This document shows, piece by piece, positions 34,164 to 45,400 of a stretch of DNA of 64,000 nucleotides. This DNA is from Oikopleura dioica. Taxonomy: Eukaryota; Animalia; Chordata. The stretch spans positions 12,400,001 through 12,464,000 of the forward strand of contig OU015569.1 of assembly GCA_907165135.1 (NCBI GenBank), written 5' to 3'. Under the pieces are notes generated by a model. That model searched no databases. It saw only the letters and a list, made by a program, of their open reading frames with translations, and was not told where the DNA came from. The translations under genes were made by a program, and so were the position numbers. Position 1 is the first letter of the stretch. Each line of letters starts with the position of its first letter.

Positions 34164-37100
34164 TTAAATTAGTTTGAGCTCGATCCTTGAGTTGATAGAG
34201 GAGTCGTCCCAGTCCGTCACATCCTGGTTTGGAATCGGAACGAAGGAGTTGTCGTTTGCGTTTTCATTCAGCTAGAATTCCGTCTAGAAGAGTCGAAGAA
34301 GGTGCTCTTTACCTGGTAGAGAATGTATGCCGAGTAAGTGGCGACTCCTTCGGAAGGCGAATGGACCAGCCGTTTCAGATCGCTCTGAAGCTCTTCTTTT
34401 GATCGAACAACGGAGAGGACGTCCGGGATCTTGAACAAGAGCATTTTTTCTGAATGAGAACGAATGGAACTACCTTGATGAACTCTGCTATGATTCCAAG
34501 AGCTTCTCGCTGGCACATGGGCGAGTCTTTTGGAAACCTGCGCCTCTCTCCCTCCCCAGAGAGCGAGACAAACTCTTGTAGGTCTTGGACGAGATCGTCG
34601 AAGCGGTCCGGGCTCGTGTACGCTGCCACCAGTTGCTCTCGAATATTTTCATCCTAGAACAAATTTTTCGTAATTTTTTCCTACCCGTCTATTTTTTTTG
34701 TACCTTGACGAAAGTGTGCAAACAGGCGAGAGCGCGTTTTTTCAAAGTGTGAAGATCCAAATGAGCGTAAATCGGTGCGTACTCGGCGGATAAATTCATT
34801 GTCTTGAATTTGGCTCTTTTTTTAGAAATTTCGATCGTCCAATCAGAAGCCTGATGGCTTGATGGAAAAATTTGTTATTGAAAGACACAAGGATAGAAAA
34901 TGAAGAAAAACCATTTCCTGAGCAAGTAAGTCGCGAATAAGCGTAACTGCTTTGTTTTGGTAAATGATTGCGCGATTCTTCTTGTTGAGTGAGAGCGACG
35001 TCAAAAGCCCCAGCGCGGAAATAAGGAAATCGCAGGCGAGACCTGGGTTCGAAGAAGCTTCGCTTTCCTTCATGTCGATCTCGAGAATCGCCATTTGGAC
35101 TCGGGTGAGTTTGATGAGGAGCTCGAGGAGGCCGGACTCGCCGATCTCGTCGCGAATCGAACGAGCATCGGAGGGCAGGTTTGAAGAGCAGTTTTTGATC
35201 AAGCCTGTTTAGGACTTCTTCTGAAACTCTTAAACAACACTTTCAAACAGAAAAAGTCCCTTTCCTAAAAGCGGAATCGCCAGTCGAACATGCTCGTCTG
35301 AATGATCCGAGCTCATCGTCGCCAAAACTCTCTTCGCTAGCGCACTGGCGTACTTGATCCCGTCCTTTTCCAGGAAACATAGTTTGTTGTGCTTGAAGTT
35401 CGCGGTCAGATTGCACAGCATTCCCGCGGCAAGGATTTGCGAGTTCTTCATTTCTTCGTCGTTGTTTGCCAAAATTGCTCGGCCGATCTTAAGTAAAACA
35501 GTCATTATCGGGGATGTTGGGCGCGTAGAGTTGCAAATTTTGTGAACTAGCTGAGCTGAGCTATCTGAGGTGTCTGAGGTGTCTGAGCTGTCTGAGCTAG
35601 CTGAGCTACAGCTCAGCTGAACGATTTTGAGGTGAGGGTCAGCTCAGCTCAGCTCAATGGTTCTTCGAAATGTGCCAGCTCAGCTCAGCTAGCTTAGTTT
35701 CAGAAATCGTCAGCTCAGCTCAGCTCGATTTTGAAAAAAAAACAGCTCAGCTCAGCTCAGTGGTTTCTAAAAGAAGCCAGCTCAGCTCAGCTCAGACGAA
35801 TTTCGACCTCAGCTCAGAAAAAATTTTCAAAAATTTGCAAATCTGATAATCTGAACTTGTCTTGTTCCCTAAATGATTTCTGCCTCTAAAAGTGAATTTT
35901 CACCTGAATAAGAGCATCACAGTTGTCCTCTTGTTGCCGATCGGACAAGTTGCGAAGCGTAATCAAAATGCGCTCGCGAATTTTAACGCTCGAGAATTCT
36001 GCATAAACGGCCATGCACGACTCCTGCGCCCCCTTTTCCAACAACATTCGCTTGAGATCGTCTTCCGTCGACAAAATCGCCAGGAGATCGGCAAGTCCCG
36101 TCGCCAGCGAAGGCGTGTTGCCCAGACCAGGGTTGCGCATTAGCACTAGAACTCGTTCGACGCCGGTCCTTGTTCGCGCCATTCTGATTCTCGACTTGGA
36201 GTCTTGGCTGCAAACCAAGATCAAGCTGCTCAAAGCCAGAAGAAGGATTTTGGGGTCGAGGCTGTCCAAAAAGCCGGTTAGGATTTCGATCAACTCGTGG
36301 GCTCTCAACGGAGCTGCTATTTCGCCGCCAAGTGATTTCATCAATTTGTTGAGAATCGAGAGACAGTTCTTGATCGTGTCGACGTCTTGGCTTTGGCTCT
36401 TGTATTCTTGCTTGAGAATGTAGGTGATTGAGTAGAAGAACTGGCTGCGGAAGATGATAGATCGGCCGAGAGGATAGGAGGCGAAAATGTTCAGAACTTT
36501 GAAAAGAATAACGATTTTTTATTCAAAAAAAAGAATAGAGAGAAAACGAGCTTGGTTATTTTTGTTAAAAACAACTGAGTCAGGGTCTTTCTGGATCCTG
36601 ACTCAGGATTTCTGAACAGATTGCCGCTGAGCTTAGCAGCCTGAGTCGGGGTATGAAAGAGCTGAAATGAAAAGCCGCACAGCGGCTTTTTTAAAAATGA
36701 AGCCGCAAAGCGGCTTCGCCGGAATAAATTTCTAGATTTTTATCGTAATATTTACGAAGCCGCTTTGCGACTTCATTTTTGAAAAAGCCGCTGCGCGGCT
36801 TTTCATTTCAGCTCTCTCAGACCCTGACTTAGGTTTTCTACACAGTCTGCTGAGCCCAGAACTACCGAGTCTAGTCTTTAGTTTATATCTAAAAATGATG
36901 TTATCCTTAACTTTGAGCGCCAGAATAGAATTGCTGGATCTCGTCCAGGCGACATGCAGCAATGCCGGGCAGAGATCGAGGCTGCTGATCAAGACGGTAG
37001 CGAAGCTCTCCGTCTTGGCCAAGTGCATAATCTTCCTCATGCTGGCCGAGCACTGCTCCGCGTCTTCCGAGTAAAGCATCTTGACGAAGCTGGGCAAAAG

Positions 37101-37588
37101 CGCCTCCACTTGAACCGAGTCTTCTTGAGCGGTAAAGGACTTGCGGACGATGGTGATTTGGTTTTGGATCGACGCTTCGAACTTCTTGATGTCTTCGTCG
37201 TCGATCAGGTCGTTTGACTGTTGGTAGATGTTGTTCCAGCCGGGAATCAGGTCTTCTTCTTTCAAATCGCCGAGGCTGGAAATCGGACTTGAATCTACCA
37301 GACGGTTTCCTGATTCAAGAAGACTGCAGACAGATTTTTAAGGCGGCTCAAAGTTGCGCTTTTCTGAGCTGAGCCAACTGAGCCAGCTCAATACTCAGCT
37401 CAGCTCAAATTTATAGATTTTGAGCTTAGTAAGAAATTAGTTTTTGGACTAAAATTATTATTTTTATTTTCGCGGAAATTATTAATTATTAAAAATAGAT
37501 TGAATTGTTTTGTTTTTTTTTTAAATCTGTTCCTCGAAGAAAAGTCATTAGCTTCCCTGTTGATTTGTCTCTCTCCAGTGGAAAACAT
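34164..37588 (-). CDS. Divergent beta-catenin/plakoglobin-family armadillo protein, 9 exons
   Basis: ITLRNLSD, AAGMLCNLTANFKHNKLCFLEKDGI, QREALGIIAEF and LVHSPSEGVATYSAYILY align with beta-catenin arm repeats (WTLRNLSD, AAGILSNLTCNNYKNK, LLHSRNEGVATYAAAVLF). Confidence 0.82.
35547..35817. repeat. (GCTCA)n-rich element in intron 3 of the armadillo gene
   Basis: Inverted clusters of agctgagct / agctcagct. Confidence 0.7.
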
Positions 37589-37875
37589 GTTCTTTAAAAA
37601 GGAGAACTCGGACTCTAGTAATTTTTATATTTTCATAAGATGCGGATCATTTACTACCAAGTCCTCGGCTCGTTAAATCAGCCCTGAGTAATCAAAGCAG
37701 CCACTTCATTATTTTCAAAAGGTAAAATTCTACCATTCTACTTTTTATTTATTTCCACTTTTACAGCGACTTTGGCGCGAAGTTGGAATCAAGGAAGACT
37801 ATTTTTCGGCAATTTTTTATTTCATTAATTGAGAATTTATTTTTGACAATTTTGGAAGGATAATAAAAAAGAGGG

Positions 37876-39770
37876 TCAGAGCAATTCGGATTGGGAGTGT
37901 ATAATTTCGTTGTCGCTGCTGTGAGTGTGGCGGGTGGAGTTGCTTTTGTCGTGGTTTTCGCTGAGATTGGGCGGCGTGAAACGCTGCGGCGGCCCCTTTC
38001 CTTCCGAAAATTGGCTCAGCCGATCAATGATCTCGTCCAGCTGGTCTCGGTGCCGGATCAAGTCGCCCACTACGTTTGGAATCGGCAGAACAGTCTTGAA
38101 ATTTGTATTTAATAAGTCGCTTTTCAAGCTCATTTTTACCGGCAAGTCATGTTCCGACGCTTCTTGGAGTTTTTCTAGCTTCTTTTCTAGCAACGCCGCT
38201 TTTGCTTCAAAACTGATACTCGACTTCTTCAGCTATTTTTTGGAAGATGTTATTATTGAACTGAGAAAGAGTGATTTCTAAGCTCGGGAACCTGTCTAGA
38301 AAGCCTGAGTCAGGTCTTGCTTCTGACCTGACTAAGCTCTACTAGACCTGACTCAGGCTTTCTAGACCTGACTCAGGTTTTCTAGACCTGACTCAGGCTT
38401 TCCAGACCTGACTCAGGCTCTCTAGACCTGACTCAGGCTTTCTAGACCTGACTCAGGCTTTCCAGACCTGACTCAGGCTTTCTAGACCTGACTCAGGCTT
38501 TCTAGACCTGACTCAGGCTTTCTAGACCTGACTCAGGCTTTCTAGACCTGACTCAGGCTTTCTAGACCTGACTCAGGCTTTCTAGACCTGACTCAGGCTT
38601 TCTAGACCTGACTCAGGCTTTCTAGACCTGACTCAGGTTTTCTAGACCTGACACAAGCTTTCTAGACCTGACTCAGGTCCTCTACACAGGTTCCCAAGCC
38701 CAGAGTGATTTCATACCTCTGAGACTTTCAAATGCGTTTCTTTCAGTTCCAGCTCCAGTTTTCTATTTTTCACTCTATTATTAAATTTTTACTCAACTTT
38801 TAATTTCAGAAAAAAAAAACCTCAGGTCATTAATCTCTTCGTCTTTGAGCGAGATTTTCTGGCGGAGGCGGTCGTTTTCCTTGGCGTGATCTTGAAATCC
38901 TCGCCGATCCTTTTTCTTTTCGTCGATAATTCCCTAAAGAGCTCCTTCAATTCTTCAAATCCGACGATTTTCGTTTCCCATTCGAAACACTGTTCTTTTG
39001 AAAATTACCTGGATCATCGCTTGGAACTGTTTTCGATCCTCTTCTTTTCGGAAGCCAAAGCCGTAGACGTTGCATGGCTCCGGCGTGTTCAGTTGGACGA
39101 ATTTGGAGGAGGTGCAGGCGACGATGGTTGCTGCTTGGAGCGTGATTTCCTCTGTTCGTGGATTCAAACGATTTTGATATCAGAGCGACTCAATTACCAA
39201 TCTGAGTAAAAAAACCTGAGTCAGATTCTGAAGTAGCTTAAAATCTGAGTCAAGCTCTTAAAAAGGTAAAATGAAAAGCCGCATAGCGGCTTTTTTAAAA
39301 ACGAAGCCGCAAAGCGGCTTCTCAAGTATACGGTATACTGTATACCTATTTTAATCGTTATTGAACTCCTCAACTTCTTTGCGGCTTCGTTTTTAAAAAA
39401 GCCGCTACGCGGCTTTTCTTTTTAGCATTTTTAGAGCCTGACTCAGGTTTTAAGCTACTTCAGAACCTCACTCAGGTTTTTTACTCAGGCTGCCGAGCCC
39501 AGAGTTGTTTGCTGTTGTTATGAAGACTGCTTATAATCTGACTGGGAATCGGGGATTTTAGTTTGAATCCGTTTCCTATCAATTTCGAAGCATCAGAAAC
39601 TCGTACATTTTGGCCTTCAACGACCACGTCAAGACCCGTTTTCTTGTCTGCAAGAGGTTGCCACGACTAGAAAGAAAGATGAACTGTCATCTTCTTTATT
39701 TCTCTCTTACTTTAGCGTTGTCGACGTCGACTCGGAAGACGTGGCAAGTGCTGGCCCATTTTCTGCTCAT
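37876..39770 (-). CDS. EVH1-domain plus coiled-coil protein (Homer-like)
   Basis: STCHVFRVD...SWQP...DASKLIEEITL...CTSSKFVQL...NVYGFGF matches the Homer EVH1 register; C-terminal coiled-coil exons. Confidence 0.75.
38341..38680 (+). repeat. Tandem array of 17 x 20-bp units (TCTAGACCTGACTCAGGCTT) inside MITE 38278-38703
   Basis: Units counted directly; 16 retain TGACTCA; no spacers. Confidence 0.95.
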
Positions 39771-41379
39771 TTTCGGGAGTTCTGAAAAAACAAGTTCTCG
39801 TTTCTTTGCAACTTCTTGTGGGAAACTGGCGAAGTAGCTGGGAAAGAAGAAAAAGAAGAAGGCAGAGCGCGCACGTGACTGTGATCGCGCGCTGAGCCCA
39901 GTTCAGCTCCTCGGATCAGATGCGCTCAATTAACCTTGCTTGCCTCTTCCGAACTCTCTTTCTTTCCCAGCTACTTCTCCGCTAGGTACTCATTCTTAGC
40001 CGCTGCTTTGAGTTTTGAACTAGCACTGCTTGTTCCTTTCTTTTTTTATTTTGACTTATTCTGAATTCATCAATTTTCAATTTCCAATTTCAAATTGCAA
40101 ATTTAAAGTTCGCGAAATAAAATTCAAAATAAATCCAAAATTGCTCTCTTTTTTTTTCTCCTCGAAATCACTCATTTTCTACCTTTGAAAAAAAAAATGG
40201 AAAAGACGGTTTAGCCGAGAGTACAGGCACTTTAGATTGTAGAGAAGCAAGTAGTGTGTTCTGTCAAGTACGAGTGACTGTAAAATCGATAGCGCTCTTT
40301 ATCATTTCTGCAAATTCGAAAGCAAGAAAGCAGCCAATATAGTCCTTTACCGACTTCATTAGTAAGTTCAGCTTCGAAGACGAGAAAAAGCGAGTTTGAA
40401 TTAAAGTTTGACGCTTTTTCGATTCTCGCTTGACACTTCAATTTGCGCGTATTGCATTCTGTCGCCAGTGATTAAAATTACAGTTGCTCCTGAATTTCGC
40501 GAAATTGATCGGAACAGTCGCAAATTACTTCAGCCAGATATCTCGCTTTCAAACGTTCAACAACCTATGTAGAAAACCTGAGTCAGGTTCTGAAAAGCTA
40601 AAATGAAAAGCCGCGTAGCGGCTTTTTCAAAAACGAAGCCGCAAAGCGGCTTCGCCAATGTTTCAAAATATATAGGAGTGATCGTTCAGCGGCGTTTCAT
40701 TTTTGCTCTTCAAAGCCTGACTCAGGTTTTCTACGCAGGTTTCCGAGCCCGACCTTTAGAAAATCAACAACTTTCTTCGTTAAAAATGTCAGATATGATT
40801 CTGCTGAAAATACACTGCTGCAATAATTCAATCACTTAGTATCAGTTTTCAATTTCATATCAAATAGAATCTGCTCTAAAAACCGCTTTCTCTTTGAATA
40901 TTCATCGAAAAATATAAGCCGATATTTGTACTTGCCATAAAGCCTCATACTCATCCGTATGAGAAGAATGAATGCATCTTCTCGCCCGTTTCTTTGCTCG
41001 TTCTTGTTTCTGCTCTTGAAGGTTAAACGCTAAAAAGCTGTTCGCTTAATTCCGTGTTTCGAGTAATTTCGTTTCTACTATTTTCGATAGACATATATCA
41101 AAGACAAGGCGGCGTTCTCCTGGGAGCTGCCACTTTTTCTGTATTGATTTGGAGAAAAGAAGAGCACTCTTTCAATCAATCAGCCGAGCACAACCGAGCC
41201 CGGCGTCCTCGCGGTCGTCCTTGCGGTTTTTTTCAAATTTGAAAACATAATTTTCTTCTTTTGAAAAATATCAATAAAAAACATTCAGTTCTTCTCGCTT
41301 AAAACAGTCAGAATGAAATCATGGAAGAGAACCAATCTTAAAGTCATTCCAAATCTTAACTAATCAATGATTCATTGGT

Positions 41380-41550
41380 AACGGTGGGATATCATTTAAA
41401 ATTGAAATTCAAGCCTTCGATAGACTCTTGAGTGGACGACATTGACAACAACGCGGAAATCAAAACCTCGGCGAAGAAGTTGCGAACGGATCAAGACGGA
41501 ATAGTGCGATTCAAAGGATACGGAGCTTGGGTCCGCTGGAAAATAACGTT
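41380..41550 (+). pseudogene. Orphan coding fragment also present at 56320-56505
   Basis: VDDIDNNAEIKTSAKKLR(T/M)DQ.G.VRFKGY(G/*)AWVRW. The 41k copy has a short deletion and the 56k copy a TGA. Confidence 0.6.
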
Positions 41551-42478
41551 GAAAAATTAATTCAGCGCACTAAAATCAAGGAAGAAAATGCGCAAAATCT
41601 GCATAAATCGTAACAAATAATCCAGCAGCGAATTTCAGAATATTGAAGACTGAAAATTTGCCGATCAAAAGAAGTCCAGGCAAATGTCGTTTATTTTCAA
41701 GTGTAGTAGAGAAACGAAAAATACGAAATGGTCATAATTAATAATGTGTACATGTAGAATATACTCAAGCATCGAAAGAATCACCTCTGGTAAAGAATAG
41801 ACGCTGAAATGGCAGTAAAGAGCTCTAGTAGTAGCGAGAAGCTCAAAAACAAAAAAGTAAGTTGAACAAAAATGTCTCAATCGAAGGAGAAAACTTAAAT
41901 TAATAAACTCAAAAGTAACTGAAAAGCAAAGAAGGGAAAATAGTGGAGGCACCTTTTTGCCTGGGGTCGGCAACCTGTACAGAAAACCTGAGTCAGGGTA
42001 ATTTAATGAAAAACAAAGCGCCTTCGCCAAATAATCAGTCCACTCGTTCAGACCCTGACTCAGGTTTGATACACAGATTGCCGAGCCCAGTCCAAAAGAC
42101 TGTTTTCGGTGGCCACGAAAATTGAAAAATCGAAAGAAAAAAATGAAAATTGAAGAAAGACGAATTCAAAACAGAAAAAAGGGAACGGGACGGAGGAAAT
42201 AATTTTAATTTCAGAACACTGAAAGTTGAGAATCCAGCATTTCATTTTTTTGCATCAGAAAAGAGTGAAGTTCGAAAAAGAGTTCTGGACGATTTGTGGG
42301 ATCGATTTCTTTGAAATTTTTAAAAAGCTAAATTTTGAGGATTTCTCAATTTCTGTCCAGCTGGGGAATTTCGGCAGTAGAGTAATTTGAATATACAACC
42401 AAGGAAAAGCTGGGTAACTGGCGATTTTAAAGAGAAAAGAGTAGCACCAAAACTAGAAAGAAAAAGAACGGAGCGGCT

Positions 42479-45400
42479 CTACTTCCGCTGCTGCGCCTTC
42501 ATCAACTGCTCGATCACCTTGGCAGGGACGTTCTTGCCTTCGTCCGCCATCGCCTGCGTCTGCCCCGTCAACTAAATCCAGTTACAGTCAGAATTAGAAG
42601 AGAATGGCGCACCTGGGACAAGTAAATCGGCGCTAGTTGGGGATTCGCGTTGATCAGCACCATCACCTGCAGCTGGAAGGTTTGTTGCACCATCGTGTAG
42701 TTCTGAAGATGCCTTTTCAAATCGTCAGTTCCTTTGCCACTTACCGAGTAAGCGTCTTGTAGTTTCTTTTGCGCCCTATCTCTTTGTTTTTGCGTTTCAG
42801 CGAGAGCCGCAGCGGCGATTTTCCGCAGCTCTGAAATCAAAACTAACCGACAACGAAGCCAGTCTCTTCCTTACCGTCTCGGCTAAGCGCGGCGTAGATC
42901 GAAGTCGAAGCCATCTTCTCGACCAAGTCTTCTGTGCTCATCGAGTCTAGCGAAGTATCTCCAGCGCCCGCCTGTTCTGCTTCTTCTTTCGCCTGCTCGA
43001 GCTCTGTGTGCCGCTGGATCACCACTTGTTGCAGCGCGTTGAGTTGATTCATCGAGTTCTGGAACTCCTGCGTAGCACCAATGATTTGCGTCAGCGCGTT
43101 CAAACTGAAATATAACAATTTATACTCTTCTAGTTTTATCCCTGTTTTTCGGCTCGGCAACCTGTGTAGAAGCCTGATTCAGTGACCTGTAAGAGCCTGA
43201 TAGAAAGCGGCTTTCGGCAAATTATCTTAGAGCTATCAGAATCCTGTCTCAGGTTTTCTATGCGGGTTGTCGAGCTCCGACCCCGTAAAAGTCCCTCGCT
43301 CAAAAGGTTAGATTACCTGGTCAAGTTGTTGCCTGACTGTGTGGTAGTCGGCTGGCTCTTCTTCTGCTGCTCCTTGCGCTTCTGCTCCTGAGCCTGTTTC
43401 AAAAGAACCTGTCGCTGTCGCTCTGCCTCGCGAGCTTGTTTCAAAAGCAGCTGCTGCTGGGCTACAATCAAAGATGAGGATACCACTTCGAAAGAAACAA
43501 CTACCTTGCTGGTTCTGGACATGGTAATTGTAGCCGTTTGTTCTTTCGGCTTCGTATTCGGCCCAGGCGGCGGCGCGTTCTTCCGGGCTCAGCTCTTCGC
43601 TTTCGATGTGATCCAGTAACGAGTCGTGCTAGTTTTTAAATGTTACTGTATTGGACTTAGATTCTCGTTGAAATTACCTCGTGGTACTTAGAAATTCGCC
43701 TAGCCCAGTTGCCCTGAAAGAGCAAATCGGCGAAGACGCCATCTTTCGGCTTTTTGAAGCGTTTTCCACCGTCGTCTTCCGTTTCAGGCGTGTTTTCGCA
43801 CTCGAACATGTAGAGTTCTTTCAAGTCCCCTTGGCTGAAGAAGCGGCCGACTTGCTGCTCGTCGAGCACGCGCTGTGCCAGCCCTTGCTTCTGCACTTGA
43901 CGCCGGTAGACTTTTTCTTCCATCGTTCCTTGCGCCACCAATCTGCGATTTTAAGTTTAGATGGTGGGTATTTAGCAGAGATGCTCTAGATTCTAGAGGC
44001 TAGAATGCAACCAACGAGCTTTCTTTTTGAGGCTTTATAGAGTCCGAAGCGATTAACTATACCTGTAAATGAAGACAGGTTTGGTCTGCCCGATTCTGTA
44101 GACTCGGAAGATGGATTGAATGTCATGCGTCGGATTCCAGGAAGCGTCAAAGATTACAACGCGCGTCGCCGCCACCAAATTCACGCCCAAGCAGCCAGCC
44201 TTCGTCGAAATAAGAAACAGACGAGATCGAAGGTTCAGAGGATCGTTGAATTGCCCGATGAACTAAATAATGCTCAAGAAACTTATTGACAGTATGAAGC
44301 AATTCACCTCGTGGCGTTTTCCTCCAGAAGTAGCACCATCCATTCTGAAGTAGTCCTCGTTCTTGACCCATTTCCCGGAACCAGCCGGCGAAGGGAGGCC
44401 ACCTTCGACGAGAGTAGTGCACTGCTGAAGGAACTCTTCGATCAAGTCCAGCGACATAAGCGACTGAGAAAAGACGAGCAGCTTCTCGCCACGCATCTCG
44501 CAAACGCGCATTAGTTCGAGAAGCACTTGGATTTTGCCTGAATAATTGATAGAATTAATAGCAATTGGAGTGACTAACTAGAGTGGTGGAGTCCGTTGAG
44601 GTCGACTTCTTTGCTGAGTTTGCCCCACCATTCGAGTTTGCTTCGCTGCGCGCTCTCGAGCGTTTGAAACTCGCCGATGTCTTCCTCTTCTTCGAGACCG
44701 CGCAGTTTATCATCGTTGCGTTTTTGGCGTCTTTCGGCGCGACTCAACTTCTTTTTCGGCTCCTCGGGCTCATCCAGCTCGTACTGCAGCGGCGCGTCTT
44801 CCCCGAAGTTGAACTTGTCGCTGCCTTCTTCGTCTGTCGAGTCCAATCCTGGATCGCCGTCTTCAAGAATCGCGATCTGAATCGACAAAATCAAAACTTT
44901 TATTCCATCAAGGCATCAGCAAATATTTATGATCCAAAGTTTTGAGTGCAATTTCACGTAAATACCTGTAACAGGTCTTTTAACATTATGAAACATAAAG
45001 AGATATCTTCATGAATTAAGAGCCTTTAAAAATTAGCTAGAAACACCTACAGATGCATCCAAATGCATTTAGATAGAAAATATACATTGATATAAATCTA
45101 AAAAGACCGACCTGTTCATCCTCGGAGTTGATGTTCTTTGCCAATTCCTCGAGATCGGACTCGGCTTCTTCGTGCTCGACGAAAAGATCCGCGAATTCTC
45201 GTTTGAGCGAATGCGTCTCCAGCAGCTTAGGATGCGTCCAAACACGCATCAGGTTTTGATAATCGGCAAAGAGGCCAGAAACGCCTCGACCTTGCTGGTT
45301 CTCCACTTTTTCGCCCTTGTTCGATACGTTTTCCAGATAAAACTAAAACGAAGGGAGTTAATAACTTTTGCTCTCGATTTTGCTTTAGTTACTTTGTAGA

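Noticed and set aside
38341-38680. CRISPR-like array
   Set aside because: Head-to-tail 20-bp units with no unique spacers, inside a MITE in a eukaryotic intron.
40232-40560. Cys-containing minus-strand ORF pieces
   Set aside because: No coherent exon chain or family motif could be built.
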